Positions 19,970 to 30,643 of a stretch of 64,000 nucleotides of DNA are shown piece by piece. A program made the position numbers and the translations under genes. Below the pieces are notes generated by a model that ran no database searches, had not been told where the DNA came from, and saw only the letters and a list, made by a program, of their open reading frames with translations. Within the stretch, counting starts at the first letter, position 1, and each line of letters begins with the position of its first letter. Source of the DNA: an uncultured bacterium (lineage in GTDB: Bacteria > Verrucomicrobiota > Verrucomicrobiia > Limisphaerales > UBA8199); contig CAVVMW010000022.1 of the NCBI GenBank assembly GCA_963749495.1, positions 480,001-544,000 of the forward strand, in the 5' to 3' direction.

Positions 19970-20095
19970 GGCTCGCCGCTGAATCCCCTTCGTTCCCTTC
20001 GTTTCCTTCTGTGAAATCCTCCGGGTGTCGTGTTTCGGGTATTTTGTTTGTTACCTCCGCCGGCATTTCCTGTGGTACACCGCTGATGACCGTCT
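19970..20095 (+). repeat. ~126-bp direct repeat copy 2 (contains ECF promoter motif 20049-20077)
   Basis: Matches 18712-18837. Confidence 0.9.
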
Positions 20096-20161
20096 CTGTG
20101 TCGGCCACGCAACGATGATTGAAAGTCAAAACCAAAAACTTAATCCGCACGAAAGGATCCT

Positions 20162-20330
20162 ATGAGTGCAACGACGACGAGAAAGCACTTGGCAAACACC
20201 ATCCTGCAGCCGGCGGACGATCGGGTTCGCCGTCATCCTGGCCTGCTGCCTCTGCCACAACCCGCCATCCGCCCTGGCCGCCCCCGGCTCCTGGACCCGT
20301 AAAACGGGCATGCCCATGGCCTTCGACACC
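20162..20330 (+). pseudogene. Truncated secreted (Kelch-like) protein remnant
   Basis: GAAAGGA RBS + ATG, signal-like TIGFAVILACCL..SALA, then GSWTRKTGMP (Kelch-like); stops at a REP half-element at 20333. Confidence 0.45.
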
Positions 20331-20443
20331 CATGCTGGTATGAGCCAGGCCTTTGGCCTGAAAGCCATCGCGATGCACCTCTGGCGGGGGTTCGGCGCCT
20401 TTTTGGCTTGATCGGGGGTGCTGGCGGCGTCCATTCTCGGCCC

Positions 20444-22537
20444 ATGGAGACGCGGCGAAGCGGGAAGCTGGTTTGGAGGGAGCGGATGGCAGTCGCGGTC
20501 CTGGTCTGCTTTTTCATCGTTGTGGTCCGGCACCTGTCCGGGCCGCCGACGAAGGTCGGGGAGCCGCGCTACTGGGGCAGGCCCTTGAGTTATTGGATCG
20601 AGGCCAGCAAGCTCCCCGACACACAAGGAGAGCGGGCGGAGAGGATCGTCCGCCGGGCCATCCCGCGGCTCTTGCGGTGGCTGCGCTCCGAGCCCCCGCG
20701 GATGAAGCACCCGCGCTTCCCGAGTTGCTCAATCGCCTGCTGGACAAACAAGGGCTCATCCAACTCCGCTTTAGAGAGCGGAGAAGCGCGTCAGAACCGG
20801 ATCGCCAGGGTGCCTGGGTGGTGGCGCACCAGTTCCTTTCCAGATTGGGTCCCGCGCGCAAAGAAGCGATACCAAAGCTGATTCATCTGCTTGGCGACAA
20901 AGATGAGGACACGGCCGCCTGGGCCGGCCGGACCCTCCAGGAGATCGGGCCGGAGTGCATTCCGGGGCTCCTCAAGGCCCTGTGCAGCTCTAACGAGCGG
21001 GCCAGGGCGCTGGCTGCCACCGCCTTGGGTGAGATCGGGCGAGAGCCCGAGACGGTCGTGCCGGCGCTCCGGCAAGCGATGAAGGGAGGCAGCGTGCGAG
21101 TGAGGTTCGCCGCCGCGGTGGCGCTGTCGCGATTTGGGGCGGGGGCGGACGAGTTGGCCGGCGCGCTCGTGGAAGGCATTAAAGGAGGCGATAACCAGAT
21201 GCGCGCGGAGGGTTTTTCGCGACTGATGTGGCTTTGTGAGTCGGACCGGCTTGCGGGCGAACTGACCCGGTTGACGGCGCCGCCAGTTGACGCTGAAGTC
21301 CAGCGGACAGCGCGGACCATACTCAAATGGGTTAAGCGAAGCTCGTCTGGCGAGCGGGCAGCGCCAAGCGCCCGCTTCCCGGGACCAGCCGGGCCGGGGA
21401 GTCCGGAGGTGTCCAAGGCCCTGGCGGCCTATCACGCGGAGTTGATGTTGTTCCGGGAGCGTTATGGCGGAGTGCGTGAACTGCCCGAGGTGCCGTTCTT
21501 CCTTTTTGGCATGGGCCATCGGACCAAGATGGTCTATTGCGAGGGCCGGCTGCTCGATGCGCGCTCGGGCTTTGTGCTGCGGCAATGGCAGGTCCGCTCC
21601 CAGGCCATCGTGCCGCCGGAATACAAGGTGGTGCTGGAGACCACGGATGGGGAGACGGTGACGCTGCTCGAGGACGGAGCGGGCGTGTGGGAGATGAGGG
21701 CAGGGGCTCTCGTCCGCGTTGCCAGGCACATTGCACCCGGTGAACCTGCCCAACTTCGCAGGGCTTCGCTACGCGCGGATCTTGCGGGTGCTCCACCAGG
21801 AACTGTTGTTCAACGTGACCGAGGCGGGCCCGGTGCCGAACCTGTTTGTGTATCCCAAACCCTGGTATCGCGATGGGGCGATGGTGGCCCTGGCGCTGCG
21901 GCAGACCGGGAACCTGGGCTTGCTGCACGACTGGCTCCTGGGCCTGGGCGAGCCGTACGACCGCAACAACGCGGGCGAGAGGGAGGCGGACAACCTAGGC
22001 CAGGCCCTGTTCCTGGTCTCGTTGGCAGGCGACAAGAGCCATCCCTTGGTGGGCAAGGTCCTGGCTGAGGCGCCGCGCTTCGAGGTGGCCGGGCCGGGCG
22101 GGAAGTACCTCCGGGGCCGCTCGGACTTCTCCGAGCACCCGGTCTATCAGACCAAGTGGTTCAAGTACGGGCTGGCCGCGCTGGGCCTGCCGGATGCTTA
22201 CGCGCTCCCAGCCGTCCCGGACACTTACTCCGCGCTCTTCTGGCTGGCCTATACGAACAGCTATGCCGGCGGCCCGGACGCCGATGACCGAGGTTCCTAT
22301 CCTTATCTCGGCTGGGCGTGCGATCATTTCCATCGCCTGGCCCGCAGCCCAATCAGCAACCGGGATTACCCGCTGACTTGGGAAAAGGACGCCAGCCAGG
22401 CGCGCTACGAGGGCATGAGGGTCATCGCCCCCATCTTCGCTCAGCAACGCCTGGCCGCCCCCCATACCTGGCACGCCGCCGAGGTGTTCCTCTACCTGCT
22501 CGACGAGCAAGGGGCGCTGCAAAGAAGTGTTCGTTAG
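20444..22537 (+). CDS. Membrane-anchored HEAT-repeat protein fused to a glycoside-hydrolase-like C-terminal domain; two apparent frameshifts (~20715, ~21715)
   Basis: TM + EPRYWGRPLSYW; HEAT repeats (AIPKLIHLL, ALAATALGEIG); C-terminal PNLFVYPKPWYRD, EADNLGQ, PHTWHAAE spread across three frames. Confidence 0.65.
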
Positions 22538-22573
22538 ACCGGCGGTTGAACCCAAAAGCCCAGCCAGGGGAAA

Positions 22574-22652
22574 CCTTTGTCGCGGCCTTTGTCGGAGCCT
22601 TTGTTGATTTGGGATCCCTCGACGAAGGCCGCGACAAAGGTTGCGACAAAGG
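22574..22652. repeat. Palindrome built from 12-mer units (CCTTTGTCGCxG / CGACAAAGG)
   Basis: Same family at 31628-31650 and 52464-52543. Confidence 0.8.
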
Positions 22653-22681
22653 CCGAGGTTTACTGCGCCGGGCCGGGCCGG

Positions 22682-23083
22682 CTACATAGGTCCGCTCGAC
22701 GTCCGGGTCCAGGAAGACCAGCACCTTTTTGCCGTCCACCTCGGCCAGGAAGCACTCCCTTTGGGGAATGAGGCCAGAAGTTCCTGGTCGGTCATGTAGC
22801 GCGCTCTGGGTGGCGTGCTGGGGACCGAGGAGGACCCGACTGCCATGAGGCTGGGGGCTGAATCGGCACGCCCCAACCAATGCACCGCGGCGATGAGCGC
22901 CGCCGCCAGCACCGCCGCGCAGGCCGTCCACCGCACCAGGCTGCGGATGCGACGGCGGGTTTGGAATGTCCTGAGCGCCTGGATTTTCAATCCGGCGCTG
23001 GCGCTCTCCCAGTTCTCATCGCGCAACACCGCGTCGAGCAACGGGTCATGTCTTTCCGGTGCAGGATGGCTGTTCATGCTCAT
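22682..23083 (-). CDS. Single-TM putative anti-sigma-like protein; probable frameshift near 22755
   Basis: Overlaps the ECF 3' end; TM segment; ...LLASFPKGS continues as CFLAEVDGKKVLVFLDP in another frame. Confidence 0.55.
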   Translation of the reverse strand: MSMNSHPAPERHDPLLDAVLRDENWESASAGLKIQALRTFQTRRRIRSLVRWTACAAVLAAALIAAVHWLGRADSAPSLMAVGSSSVPSTPPRARYMTDQELLASFPKGSASWPRWTAKRCWSSWTRTSSGPM

Positions 23084-23741
23084 GGCGCAAACTCCTCAAC
23101 AATCGTTCTTTGAGCTTCTGGCGCAACCGGCCCAGGCGGGATTCCAGGGCCTTGTAGCTCTGGCCGGAGGCCAGGGCCAGGTCCTGCAGCGGGCGCTCGT
23201 CCACATAAGCGGCTTGAACCAGTTCGCGCTCTTCGGGCGGCGGCGCCTCGAGGGCCTCGCGCAGAAGCTCGGAGAGCAGGCCCTCGGCAACGGGAGGCGC
23301 CGAGACTGCGGCGCTGTCGAACCCATCGGCCAATTGGTCGAGCGAGACCACGCGCCGCTGCCGCTGCCGGGCGCGGCAGTGGTCAATGAACGTGGTCTTG
23401 GCGACCCTGCTCAGCCAGGCCCACAACGCCGCTTCATGCGGACAAACCTCGAAGCGCTTGGCCAACTTGATAAACACCGCCTGGCACACCTCGCGGGCTT
23501 CGTTCTCGTCCCCGCGCGCCAGCACCAGCAGATAGCGGTAAAGCCGGAAACTAAACAGGTCGTAGAACCGGGAAAAGGCGGCGGCATCCCCGCGCCGGAT
23601 GGACAGCGTCAAGGCCCGGATGTCAGGCGCGCCGGGGGCGGCGGGGGAGGCTGCTGCGTCAGACGCGTCAGACGGGTCAGACCCGTCCGACAGGGGATCG
23701 GTCATGCTGGTGCTGAGGGCTGCGGCCTCGGGCGCGGGCAT
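23046..23741 (-). CDS. ECF sigma factor
   Basis: GDAAAFSRFYDLFSFRLYRYL, AREVCQAVF, AWL, SYKALESRLGRLR. Confidence 0.88.
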   Translation of the reverse strand: MPAPEAAALSTSMTDPLSDGSDPSDASDAAASPAAPGAPDIRALTLSIRRGDAAAFSRFYDLFSFRLYRYLLVLARGDENEAREVCQAVFIKLAKRFEVCPHEAALWAWLSRVAKTTFIDHCRARQRQRRVVSLDQLADGFDSAAVSAPPVAEGLLSELLREALEAPPPEERELVQAAYVDERPLQDLALASGQSYKALESRLGRLRQKLKERLLRSLRHEHEQPSCTGKT

Positions 23742-23752
23742 ATTCCGCTGTC

Positions 23753-24667
23753 CTATTTCTCGGGAGGCGTGGGGAGAAAAAGGTCTTTGTTTACCTGAAA
23801 GGCCGATACAATGGATTCCACGGCCTCGATGAACTCCTGTGGCCCGCGGACGAGGAGCAGCGCGGTGTCCTTGTGGAGGCTGAAATCCATGTCCTGGGCC
23901 CTGAGCACCACGGGAACCCTTGCGCCTTGGACCCGGGAGCCCGGACCTCCAGCGGGGGCATCGGCCATGGCCATGGCTCTGCGCCCGGCGGGCTCGCCCG
24001 CCGTTGACATCCCCACGAGGTCCTTGGCGACCCGCGCGATTTCGTCCAGGAGCTTATCCCAATACTGCGCTCGAATCGGCTTGAGCGGAAAGGCCTTCAC
24101 CTTGATTTCGAGCGAGGCAGAACTGGCTCCCGGAACAAACATCACGGCGGCCGGTTTCTCGAAATCGCCTTCGACCACCAGGCTGCCCAGTTCCCGCTTG
24201 ATGGAGCCGAGGTTGTTGTAGAGAGCGACCAGCGCCTCCAGCGAGCGCGCGGTCTCCCTGTCGCCGGCCTCCGCTCCGCCCCCGCCGCCCCCGCCACGGC
24301 CGCCACGCCTGCCGAAGCCGCCCCACCGCGGATTGTTGAGGATCGCCTCGATGGACTCTTTGTTGATCCGCAGGGCCGGAATTTGCACCGACCTCATCTC
24401 CTCGGGGATGCTGGTCACGTCGGACCACTGCACCCGGTAGTTCCGTTGCAGGGCGGCGAGGAATTCCTGGGGTGTGCCGCCAGGGAAGTAAAAGGCCGCG
24501 CGGTCCTTGCCGCGTTGGTCCGCCTTGTCGTTCGGAGCGGCGGCATTGGTCTGGGACGGCGGCGCACTGGATTCCTGCTGTGCCTGCGCGGGCGCGCCCG
24601 CTTGCAGCAAAAGCGAAAGCGACAGCGTGAGGATCATTCTTATTAGATCGGCCGGGTTCGAGTTCAT
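23753..24667 (-). CDS. Secreted hypothetical protein (secretin N-domain-like tail)
   Basis: Signal peptide, FPGGTP motif, Gly-rich loop, C-terminal HKDTALLLVRGPQEFIEAVESIV. Confidence 0.6.
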   Translation of the reverse strand: MNSNPADLIRMILTLSLSLLLQAGAPAQAQQESSAPPSQTNAAAPNDKADQRGKDRAAFYFPGGTPQEFLAALQRNYRVQWSDVTSIPEEMRSVQIPALRINKESIEAILNNPRWGGFGRRGGRGGGGGGGAEAGDRETARSLEALVALYNNLGSIKRELGSLVVEGDFEKPAAVMFVPGASSASLEIKVKAFPLKPIRAQYWDKLLDEIARVAKDLVGMSTAGEPAGRRAMAMADAPAGGPGSRVQGARVPVVLRAQDMDFSLHKDTALLLVRGPQEFIEAVESIVSAFQVNKDLFLPTPPEK

Positions 24668-24835
24668 ACGGCTTCAGGATGTTTCTATTGTGACTGATCT
24701 GCCGGAAAACGCCAAGGCGCAACCGCCCGTGTTTCCCGTCACCAGGAAAGACGATGGATGCCCCAGGAATCCCTCGAAGTTTCTTGGGGGGGGAGGACGG
24801 CAACGAGGGAAAACCACTGAGGGCTTGTTTGAGAC

Positions 24836-25021
24836 GCCAACGGCGTCACTCATACCAGCCCAGGGCAACGCCCTGGGGACACCGAGCGGTCTTCATTGTG
24901 CCGCAGGCCAACGGCCTGCCTCATAAGGATGAATCGCGCCTTCAGCGCTCGGAATGGCTTTTGGGCGGCGGTTCCCAGGGCGTTGCCCTGGGCTGGTATG
25001 AGTCAGGCCTTTGGCCTGAAA
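24836..25021. repeat. REPIN-like element with nested palindromes (CATACCAGCCCAGGGCAACGCCCTGGG arms)
   Basis: Long inverted arms; half copy at 20333-20363. Confidence 0.8.
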
Positions 25022-25189
25022 GTCATAGATACCATTAGATGCCCTCAATGAGGGCGGCGGAAGATTTGGGTAATGACAAGTCCCGCTGAGTGGGATTGGG
25101 CTATTCTCGCTTGTCCCTCCGGGACAACGCCCGACCACGTTGGCTCTGTTGGCGAGCACGTTCAACAGTGCCGAGATGGATCCCGATGG

Positions 25190-27793
25190 TCAAGGCAGCG
25201 CAGGCGACACGAGACGGAAGAAACGGTAGGGGGCCTCGAGCGTGGAGTTGGTGAGCGTCACGAGCCGGTCGGCGGGCAGGGCCGGAATGTCCAGCAGCCT
25301 GTTCCAGCCGGAGGCCAAGGGCAGCGCGTTCCACAGAAGGCCGTAGGAGTGGTTGGCAGCCGCCCCGAACTCGAGCACCACGGTATTCGGACCGGCCGTA
25401 ATGCGGCTAAACTCAAGATTGCTGGCAGGGACGAAGCCGGCCTCGACCAGGGCGCTCCATTGGGAGCCCTGGAGCACGCGGGCGCGGACCGTCGCCGGGC
25501 CGGTGAGAGTCAGCGCGCCCGCATAGAGCTGTGCGGCCGGGGCGGGCGTGTTCAGGCCGTAGAGGCGGGGGTCCGAGCCGTCGAGTGTGAAATAGATGGC
25601 GCCGGTGGAATTGGTGTGGCTGAGCACGAGGTCAAAGGGCGCCGGGATGGCCCCGCCGAATTGGCTGAAGGCGGGCGCTCCGACGCGCGGATAGAGGCCC
25701 GCGGCGAGGAACTGGCCGAGCACGATGGCGGTGCGCCGCGGCAGGTAAGTGCCCACGATATAATCGCGCTCGTGGCGCCAGGCCGCCTGGCTCTGGATGC
25801 TGAGGTTGCCGTTGCCCCAGCGGGCGGACTCGGCGAGGATCGAGGCCTCGACCGGGTCGGCAACCTGGTGGAAGCGAGTGATGAGCGCCTGGGGCGTGAG
25901 CAGCCCGCCGTTGAAAAAGAGCCTCTGGACCCGGTCGGCGAAGTCGAGTTTGTATTCGGAAAAGGTCTTGAGATCATGATGAGGCACCCCCACCCCGGCG
26001 TTGTCGCCATCGCGCGGGACGACCATGGTGAGCGAGGACTCGGCATCGTCCACGATGCCCTCGATGTCCCAGCAGTAGAACTTGAAGCCGGTGCTGTTGG
26101 CGGTGCGGTTGCGGCCCAGCCAGAAGTTCTTTTGGGGCCAGTCCCAATTTCCCCCCCAATAATTGAGGATCAGGTAATCGAGGTAGTCGAACTTGTCGAG
26201 ATAGACGGGGAACTGGGTGTTGCGGGTGCCGTCGGGGTTGTTGCCCTGGAGTTTCTGGTAGCCGGCGGTGCTGGCGGCTTGCGGGACCTGGCTCAGGAAG
26301 GTGTTCCAGGCCAGCAAATCACCGTGCCTGACCTCGCCTGCCTTGATTGCGTCCCAGTCATTGGGTTGGCCCCCCAGATAGGAGCAGGAGAAGTCGGCGT
26401 TGGGGCGTTCGGTGAGGTTGTAAAGGCCCCAATAGAGGCCGTTGATGTAAAGGTGGACGAACAAACCGCGGGCCGAGGGGTGCCCCATGGCCAGCAGGAG
26501 GCGGCGGCCGTATTCGTCGCGAACGTAGGTCGCCTTGCCGCTGCTGCCGCTGAGCCAGAACCAACTGTCGTTGAAACCCGCCCGCAGCACCACGGTGTGA
26601 AAGGTCGTTGCCGCATCAGGCTCGTGGAAGAGGTCGTATTTGAGGGTCCCTCCATATTCCTGCTTGAAGAGGAGGCGGAAGGACTTCTTGGGCTCACCGC
26701 GGCCCACCCCGCCCTGGATCCGCACCCCGCAATCCAACTGGAAGCCGGAAAGGCCGTTGGTATCGAGCCACTCGATTGAGGCCGGCCGCTCCCAGTTCGT
26801 CCCGTGGTTCTCGGGGTTGGAATAGATGCCTGCGCCTGGATCGAACAAGTTGGACATGCTGGTCGAGAGGAAAATCGACGGCAACGACCTCAAGGCAGCG
26901 AGCGTCTGCGGCCCGTTTGGGCCGGTGACCTTCGAGTCCATCGCATAGCTGGCCCCGCCGCCGCCGCCCCAATTGGCGGGGAAACCGGCATTGGTCGCGG
27001 CCTGCTGGGTCTGGGTCAGAACGTTGGTCAGGCAGACGTAGGTCTGGGTGGCGACAGGCGTGCCTCGATAGCCGGGCTTGGTGGCCAAAGCGCGCAGGAC
27101 GGTATTCCGCGTGATGGGGACCGGCCCGGCATAGACGATCCCGGTCGTGGGCGTGGGAGCGGCGCCATTGGTGGTAAAAAGAATCTCCGCCCCCTCCGTG
27201 TCCGTGGCCAGGGACACCGTCAGGGGCAGGCCGACAAAGCCCCGCGCGAGGCTGAATTGAACGTCATCCACCAGGCCGAGATAAGCGGTGGAGTTGTAGG
27301 CCCCGGGTGTCGGCCGTGTCAAATAGGCCTGCTCCCAACTCATCGTTGGGGTGTCGAAAGCGAGGCCGTAAGAAACGCCTGCGACCTGCCTGGGATACCC
27401 CGGCCAATACTGGTGGGCGATGGTCTGTCCGTCCGGTTCGACCAGGGCCAGGTAATCCCCTGCGGCGCTGAGCTTGAAATTCGTGTGCAACTGCGCGCCG
27501 GCAACAGCGCGGTCCTTGCCCGAGGCAAAGACGACCAGGAACTGGCCGGACGCAAGGTTCGTAGCGGGGAACGTCCACTTCGTCAGGTTCGCCGGCCTGT
27601 CAGTCAGGTGCCATCCGCCCAGGTTGACTGGAGCAGCGTTAGTGTTCCATATCTCGATCCAGTCCGGAGTGGTGCCGTCCTCGTCCTTCAATGTGCTGCC
27701 GCAGGCCATCAACTCGCTAATCACCACTTGGGCCGGGACAGGCCGGGCAACCAGGCTCAGGGCGAGCAGGGGCAGGATGCTTCTGAGTTTCAT
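25190..27793 (-). CDS. Secreted lamin-tail-domain + Fn3-like + CotH kinase family protein
   Basis: Signal peptide, VVISELMA..DWIEIWN (LTD), FTTNG..P, HLYINGLYWGLYNLTER, DWPQKN, WDIE, ESARWG. Confidence 0.9.
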   Translation of the reverse strand: MKLRSILPLLALSLVARPVPAQVVISELMACGSTLKDEDGTTPDWIEIWNTNAAPVNLGGWHLTDRPANLTKWTFPATNLASGQFLVVFASGKDRAVAGAQLHTNFKLSAAGDYLALVEPDGQTIAHQYWPGYPRQVAGVSYGLAFDTPTMSWEQAYLTRPTPGAYNSTAYLGLVDDVQFSLARGFVGLPLTVSLATDTEGAEILFTTNGAAPTPTTGIVYAGPVPITRNTVLRALATKPGYRGTPVATQTYVCLTNVLTQTQQAATNAGFPANWGGGGGASYAMDSKVTGPNGPQTLAALRSLPSIFLSTSMSNLFDPGAGIYSNPENHGTNWERPASIEWLDTNGLSGFQLDCGVRIQGGVGRGEPKKSFRLLFKQEYGGTLKYDLFHEPDAATTFHTVVLRAGFNDSWFWLSGSSGKATYVRDEYGRRLLLAMGHPSARGLFVHLYINGLYWGLYNLTERPNADFSCSYLGGQPNDWDAIKAGEVRHGDLLAWNTFLSQVPQAASTAGYQKLQGNNPDGTRNTQFPVYLDKFDYLDYLILNYWGGNWDWPQKNFWLGRNRTANSTGFKFYCWDIEGIVDDAESSLTMVVPRDGDNAGVGVPHHDLKTFSEYKLDFADRVQRLFFNGGLLTPQALITRFHQVADPVEASILAESARWGNGNLSIQSQAAWRHERDYIVGTYLPRRTAIVLGQFLAAGLYPRVGAPAFSQFGGAIPAPFDLVLSHTNSTGAIYFTLDGSDPRLYGLNTPAPAAQLYAGALTLTGPATVRARVLQGSQWSALVEAGFVPASNLEFSRITAGPNTVVLEFGAAANHSYGLLWNALPLASGWNRLLDIPALPADRLVTLTNSTLEAPYRFFRLVSPALP

Positions 27794-27800
27794 ATTCCGC

Positions 27801-27836
27801 CAGTGGGCCAAGGCCTCGCAGTGGGCCAAGGCCTCG
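27801..27836. repeat. Perfect 18-bp tandem duplication upstream of the CotH gene
   Basis: cagtgggccaaggcctcg x2. Confidence 0.85.
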
Positions 27837-27935
27837 AGTTCTGCCGGTGTTTCCCAACGCCGAGCCTACCAGGACTGGCCCCGGCCGGGAAGTGTGCGTT
27901 TGGGTGCCCACCCCCTGTGCCTTTCACAGCACAGT

Positions 27936-29468
27936 CTAATGCGTTGCGCCCGGCGGGGAGTTCGGCACGAAGCTCTCGGCGCTGTTGGGATCGCCGCTGC
28001 CTTTATAGACGGCGCGCTGGGGGTAGGGGTAAAGCGGCCGAGTCATAACTACTCTCCCGTGCTCGCTCCTGGAGGCGATGAGTTTGTCGGGGGCTTTGGC
28101 GTGTTCGACCCAATCGACGACGACCGAAAGCCAATCCACGTCACTCGCGCCCGGACCGCCGCCGCAGTGAAGACAGCCCGGCACCATGAAGAGCCGGCAA
28201 TAGTCGGCGGCGCGCGGGTCGCGGGCCTGCACCTGGCGGTAATAGTCGGCCGTTGCCTGGGCCGGCAGGGCGGTATCGGCCCATCCGTGCCACAGGATGA
28301 GTTTGCCTTTGCGCGCCTTGAGGGCATCCAGATCCGGGTTGGTCGCGTTGAGGAAGGAAGCGGCCAGCCGGGTGTCTCGCTCGAAATTGGAAAAGTCGTA
28401 GGTCGAATAATCCCAATCGGGCTTGTCCAGGATCAAGAACTTGAAGATCTGCGTGCCGAAGGCAAACGAGAGATCGGGGACATGGTCTTTGGCCAGGAAC
28501 GGGGGCACAGGGCCCACCAGCCAGGCTATCCATTGGTCCGGGACGCATTCTGCGGTTGGGGCAAATCCGGGGTAGATAGGCCCTTGGTTATTGCGCGCCC
28601 CCTGGTAGATGGCTTGGATGGCCTTGCGCTGTTCGTCCGAGAGCCCCGTCACCTTGGACAGGTCGAAATGGACTGAGGGCGGGTCCTGGATGATCCCATC
28701 CTTGAGGCCATCCTGGGCATCGCATTGCTTGAGAATTGCCTCCTGTAGCTTCTGCAGCGCCTCCTTGGTGAGCACCGTGCTGTCGAGATGCGCGGGATCC
28801 GGGTAAAGCGCTTTGGCAATCGCGACCATGGTCGCCGCTATCCCGGTCCAGTCAAAGGCGGGGGCGCCCGCCACGATGCCGTCGAAGTCCTTGGGATAGC
28901 GCTGGGCCTCCATCATGGCCTGGCCGCCGCCCCTCGAGCAGCCCACGAAGTAGCAGTACGCCGCCTGGGCACCGTAGTAAGCGCGGATGAGGGCCTTGGC
29001 CACCTCGGCCGTCCGGTGCACGGCCAGGTAGCCGAAGTTCACTTGCGCCTCCAGGTTGTCCCGCGCCCAACCGGCCATATAGCCGGTCGGCCACTGGTGG
29101 CCGGTGTCAGTGCCCACGGTGGCATAGCCGCGGTTGACCGAATCCCGGGCCGCGTTCTGGACCGTGCCGACGAAGCCCCCGCCCCCGCCCATGACGAATC
29201 GTCCGTTCCATGCATCCGGCAGCAACAGCTCAAAACGGATGTTGCCGCCGATGATCCCCTTCACCTCAACGCAGGCCGCCGCATGAGGATTTTTCTGCAG
29301 GTCCGGCGCCACGGACGCCGCCGATTCCAGGACCACGTCCGGCAGGTTCAGGTGCCTCAGGTCGTCCACGCTCAGGCGATTCGTCGATTGCCCCGTGGCC
29401 AAAGCGGCGCCACACAAGACGATGAGACCGGCCAGAAGGCCTCGATTCAGGGTAGTTGCTCTTTTCAT
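27936..29468 (-). CDS. Tannase/feruloyl esterase family alpha/beta hydrolase, secreted
   Basis: WNGRF..GGGG, TDTGH, GCSRGG, DGIVAGAP, HGWAD, PGCLHCGGG. Confidence 0.92.
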   Translation of the reverse strand: MKRATTLNRGLLAGLIVLCGAALATGQSTNRLSVDDLRHLNLPDVVLESAASVAPDLQKNPHAAACVEVKGIIGGNIRFELLLPDAWNGRFVMGGGGGFVGTVQNAARDSVNRGYATVGTDTGHQWPTGYMAGWARDNLEAQVNFGYLAVHRTAEVAKALIRAYYGAQAAYCYFVGCSRGGGQAMMEAQRYPKDFDGIVAGAPAFDWTGIAATMVAIAKALYPDPAHLDSTVLTKEALQKLQEAILKQCDAQDGLKDGIIQDPPSVHFDLSKVTGLSDEQRKAIQAIYQGARNNQGPIYPGFAPTAECVPDQWIAWLVGPVPPFLAKDHVPDLSFAFGTQIFKFLILDKPDWDYSTYDFSNFERDTRLAASFLNATNPDLDALKARKGKLILWHGWADTALPAQATADYYRQVQARDPRAADYCRLFMVPGCLHCGGGPGASDVDWLSVVVDWVEHAKAPDKLIASRSEHGRVVMTRPLYPYPQRAVYKGSGDPNSAESFVPNSPPGATH

Positions 29469-29574
29469 GCAGGGCGGCAGGATCGCCCCCCGCCCCGCTG
29501 GCCGCAAGCCAAAAGCGGAGGCGTCCATTACGGCGCGCCCCTTTCTTGCATCCACATCCCGTCGGGGTTGCCGT

Positions 29575-29667
29575 TTAGCGAGGCTTCATTCTCGTGCGCC
29601 CAAATCCGGCAAGACCGCGGTCTTCATGGATGGGCATGTCACTCCGCTCGGAGCATCCTCCGACTGA
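29575..29667 (+). pseudogene. C-terminal remnant of a prepilin/H-X9-DG-like gene
   Basis: LHSRAPKSGKTAVFMDGHVTPL* resembles the H...N/T..F.DGHV tail. Confidence 0.35.
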
Positions 29668-29782
29668 GACGGTGGAGCTGCTTGCGGTCAACGGGTCTGC
29701 CCCATTGCGGGCTGGCGGTGGGGAAAAGTTTTCCTTCCATTTATGGGGCGGGCGCGCATACTGATTTGGCAAACGGCTCACG

Positions 29783-30643
29783 ATGACAGCGAACGCGTTT
29801 CTCGACAACCTGCAGACGCATGCGGCCTCCTTTGCGAAGGCGGTGGCGACGAATGAGGGGGAATGGATCATCAAGGGGTTCATCAACGTGTATAAGCGGA
29901 TTTATACCATTTCTGTGGATACGAGGATCGTATCCAAGGTGCTCGAACTGCTGCTTTTCCCGATGCTCGCGGAGTTCGCCCGAAGGCAGGGCCTGAAGCT
30001 GGAGTTGTCCCCACAACAGAACTTCTACCCGGACCTCACCTTCATTCACGAGGCAACCGGACGGAAGTTCGCGGTGGACATCAAGAGCACCTACCGCGTC
30101 ACCGAGGCCGAAGCCAACGGGATGACCCTTGGGGCATTCACCGGCTATTTCAGGCATCGAGAGAGCGCCAAGAACACGAAGTATCCGTACGGCCAATACT
30201 CGGGGCATTTTGTGCTCGGGGTGATTTACTCGAAATGCGAAAATGTGGCTGATGAGCGAAAGCAGTTCACGCTGGCGGATTTGGCCAGGATACCCTCCGT
30301 TATCAAGGACTTTCAGTTCTTCGCGCAACCGAAATATCGGGTGGCATCTTAGCGACCCGGGAGCGGGAACACGAAGAACATCGGTTCAGTGACGGGCATC
30401 CAGCAGTTGGTCAATGGCACCGGCTCCTTCGCCGAGTTGGGCGAGGAGGTCTATGATGATTACTGGATGTATTACCTGACCCGCGACATGGCGGATGCGT
30501 TGAGGGTGAAGCGGCCTTACACAAACCTAAAGGAGTATCTCGAGTATAAAAAGCGCGGCATCGAAACGCTGAGGACCCACGAAAAGGAAATCGCGGAGAA
30601 GGCAGAGCAGGAAACGCCTACACAAGAGGAGGAGCCGGATTGA
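29783..30643 (+). pseudogene. EcoRV-family type II restriction endonuclease with in-frame TAG at 30350
   Basis: DTRIVSKVLE, QQNFYPD, AVDIKSTY, TLGAFTGYFR; RVAS*RPGSGNTKNIGS continues in frame to 30643. Confidence 0.85.

Noticed and set aside
18712..20095. Direct repeats as diversity-generating retroelement TR/VR or prophage att sites
   Set aside because: Repeats are largely non-coding, mismatches are not adenine-specific, and no reverse transcriptase or integrase is present
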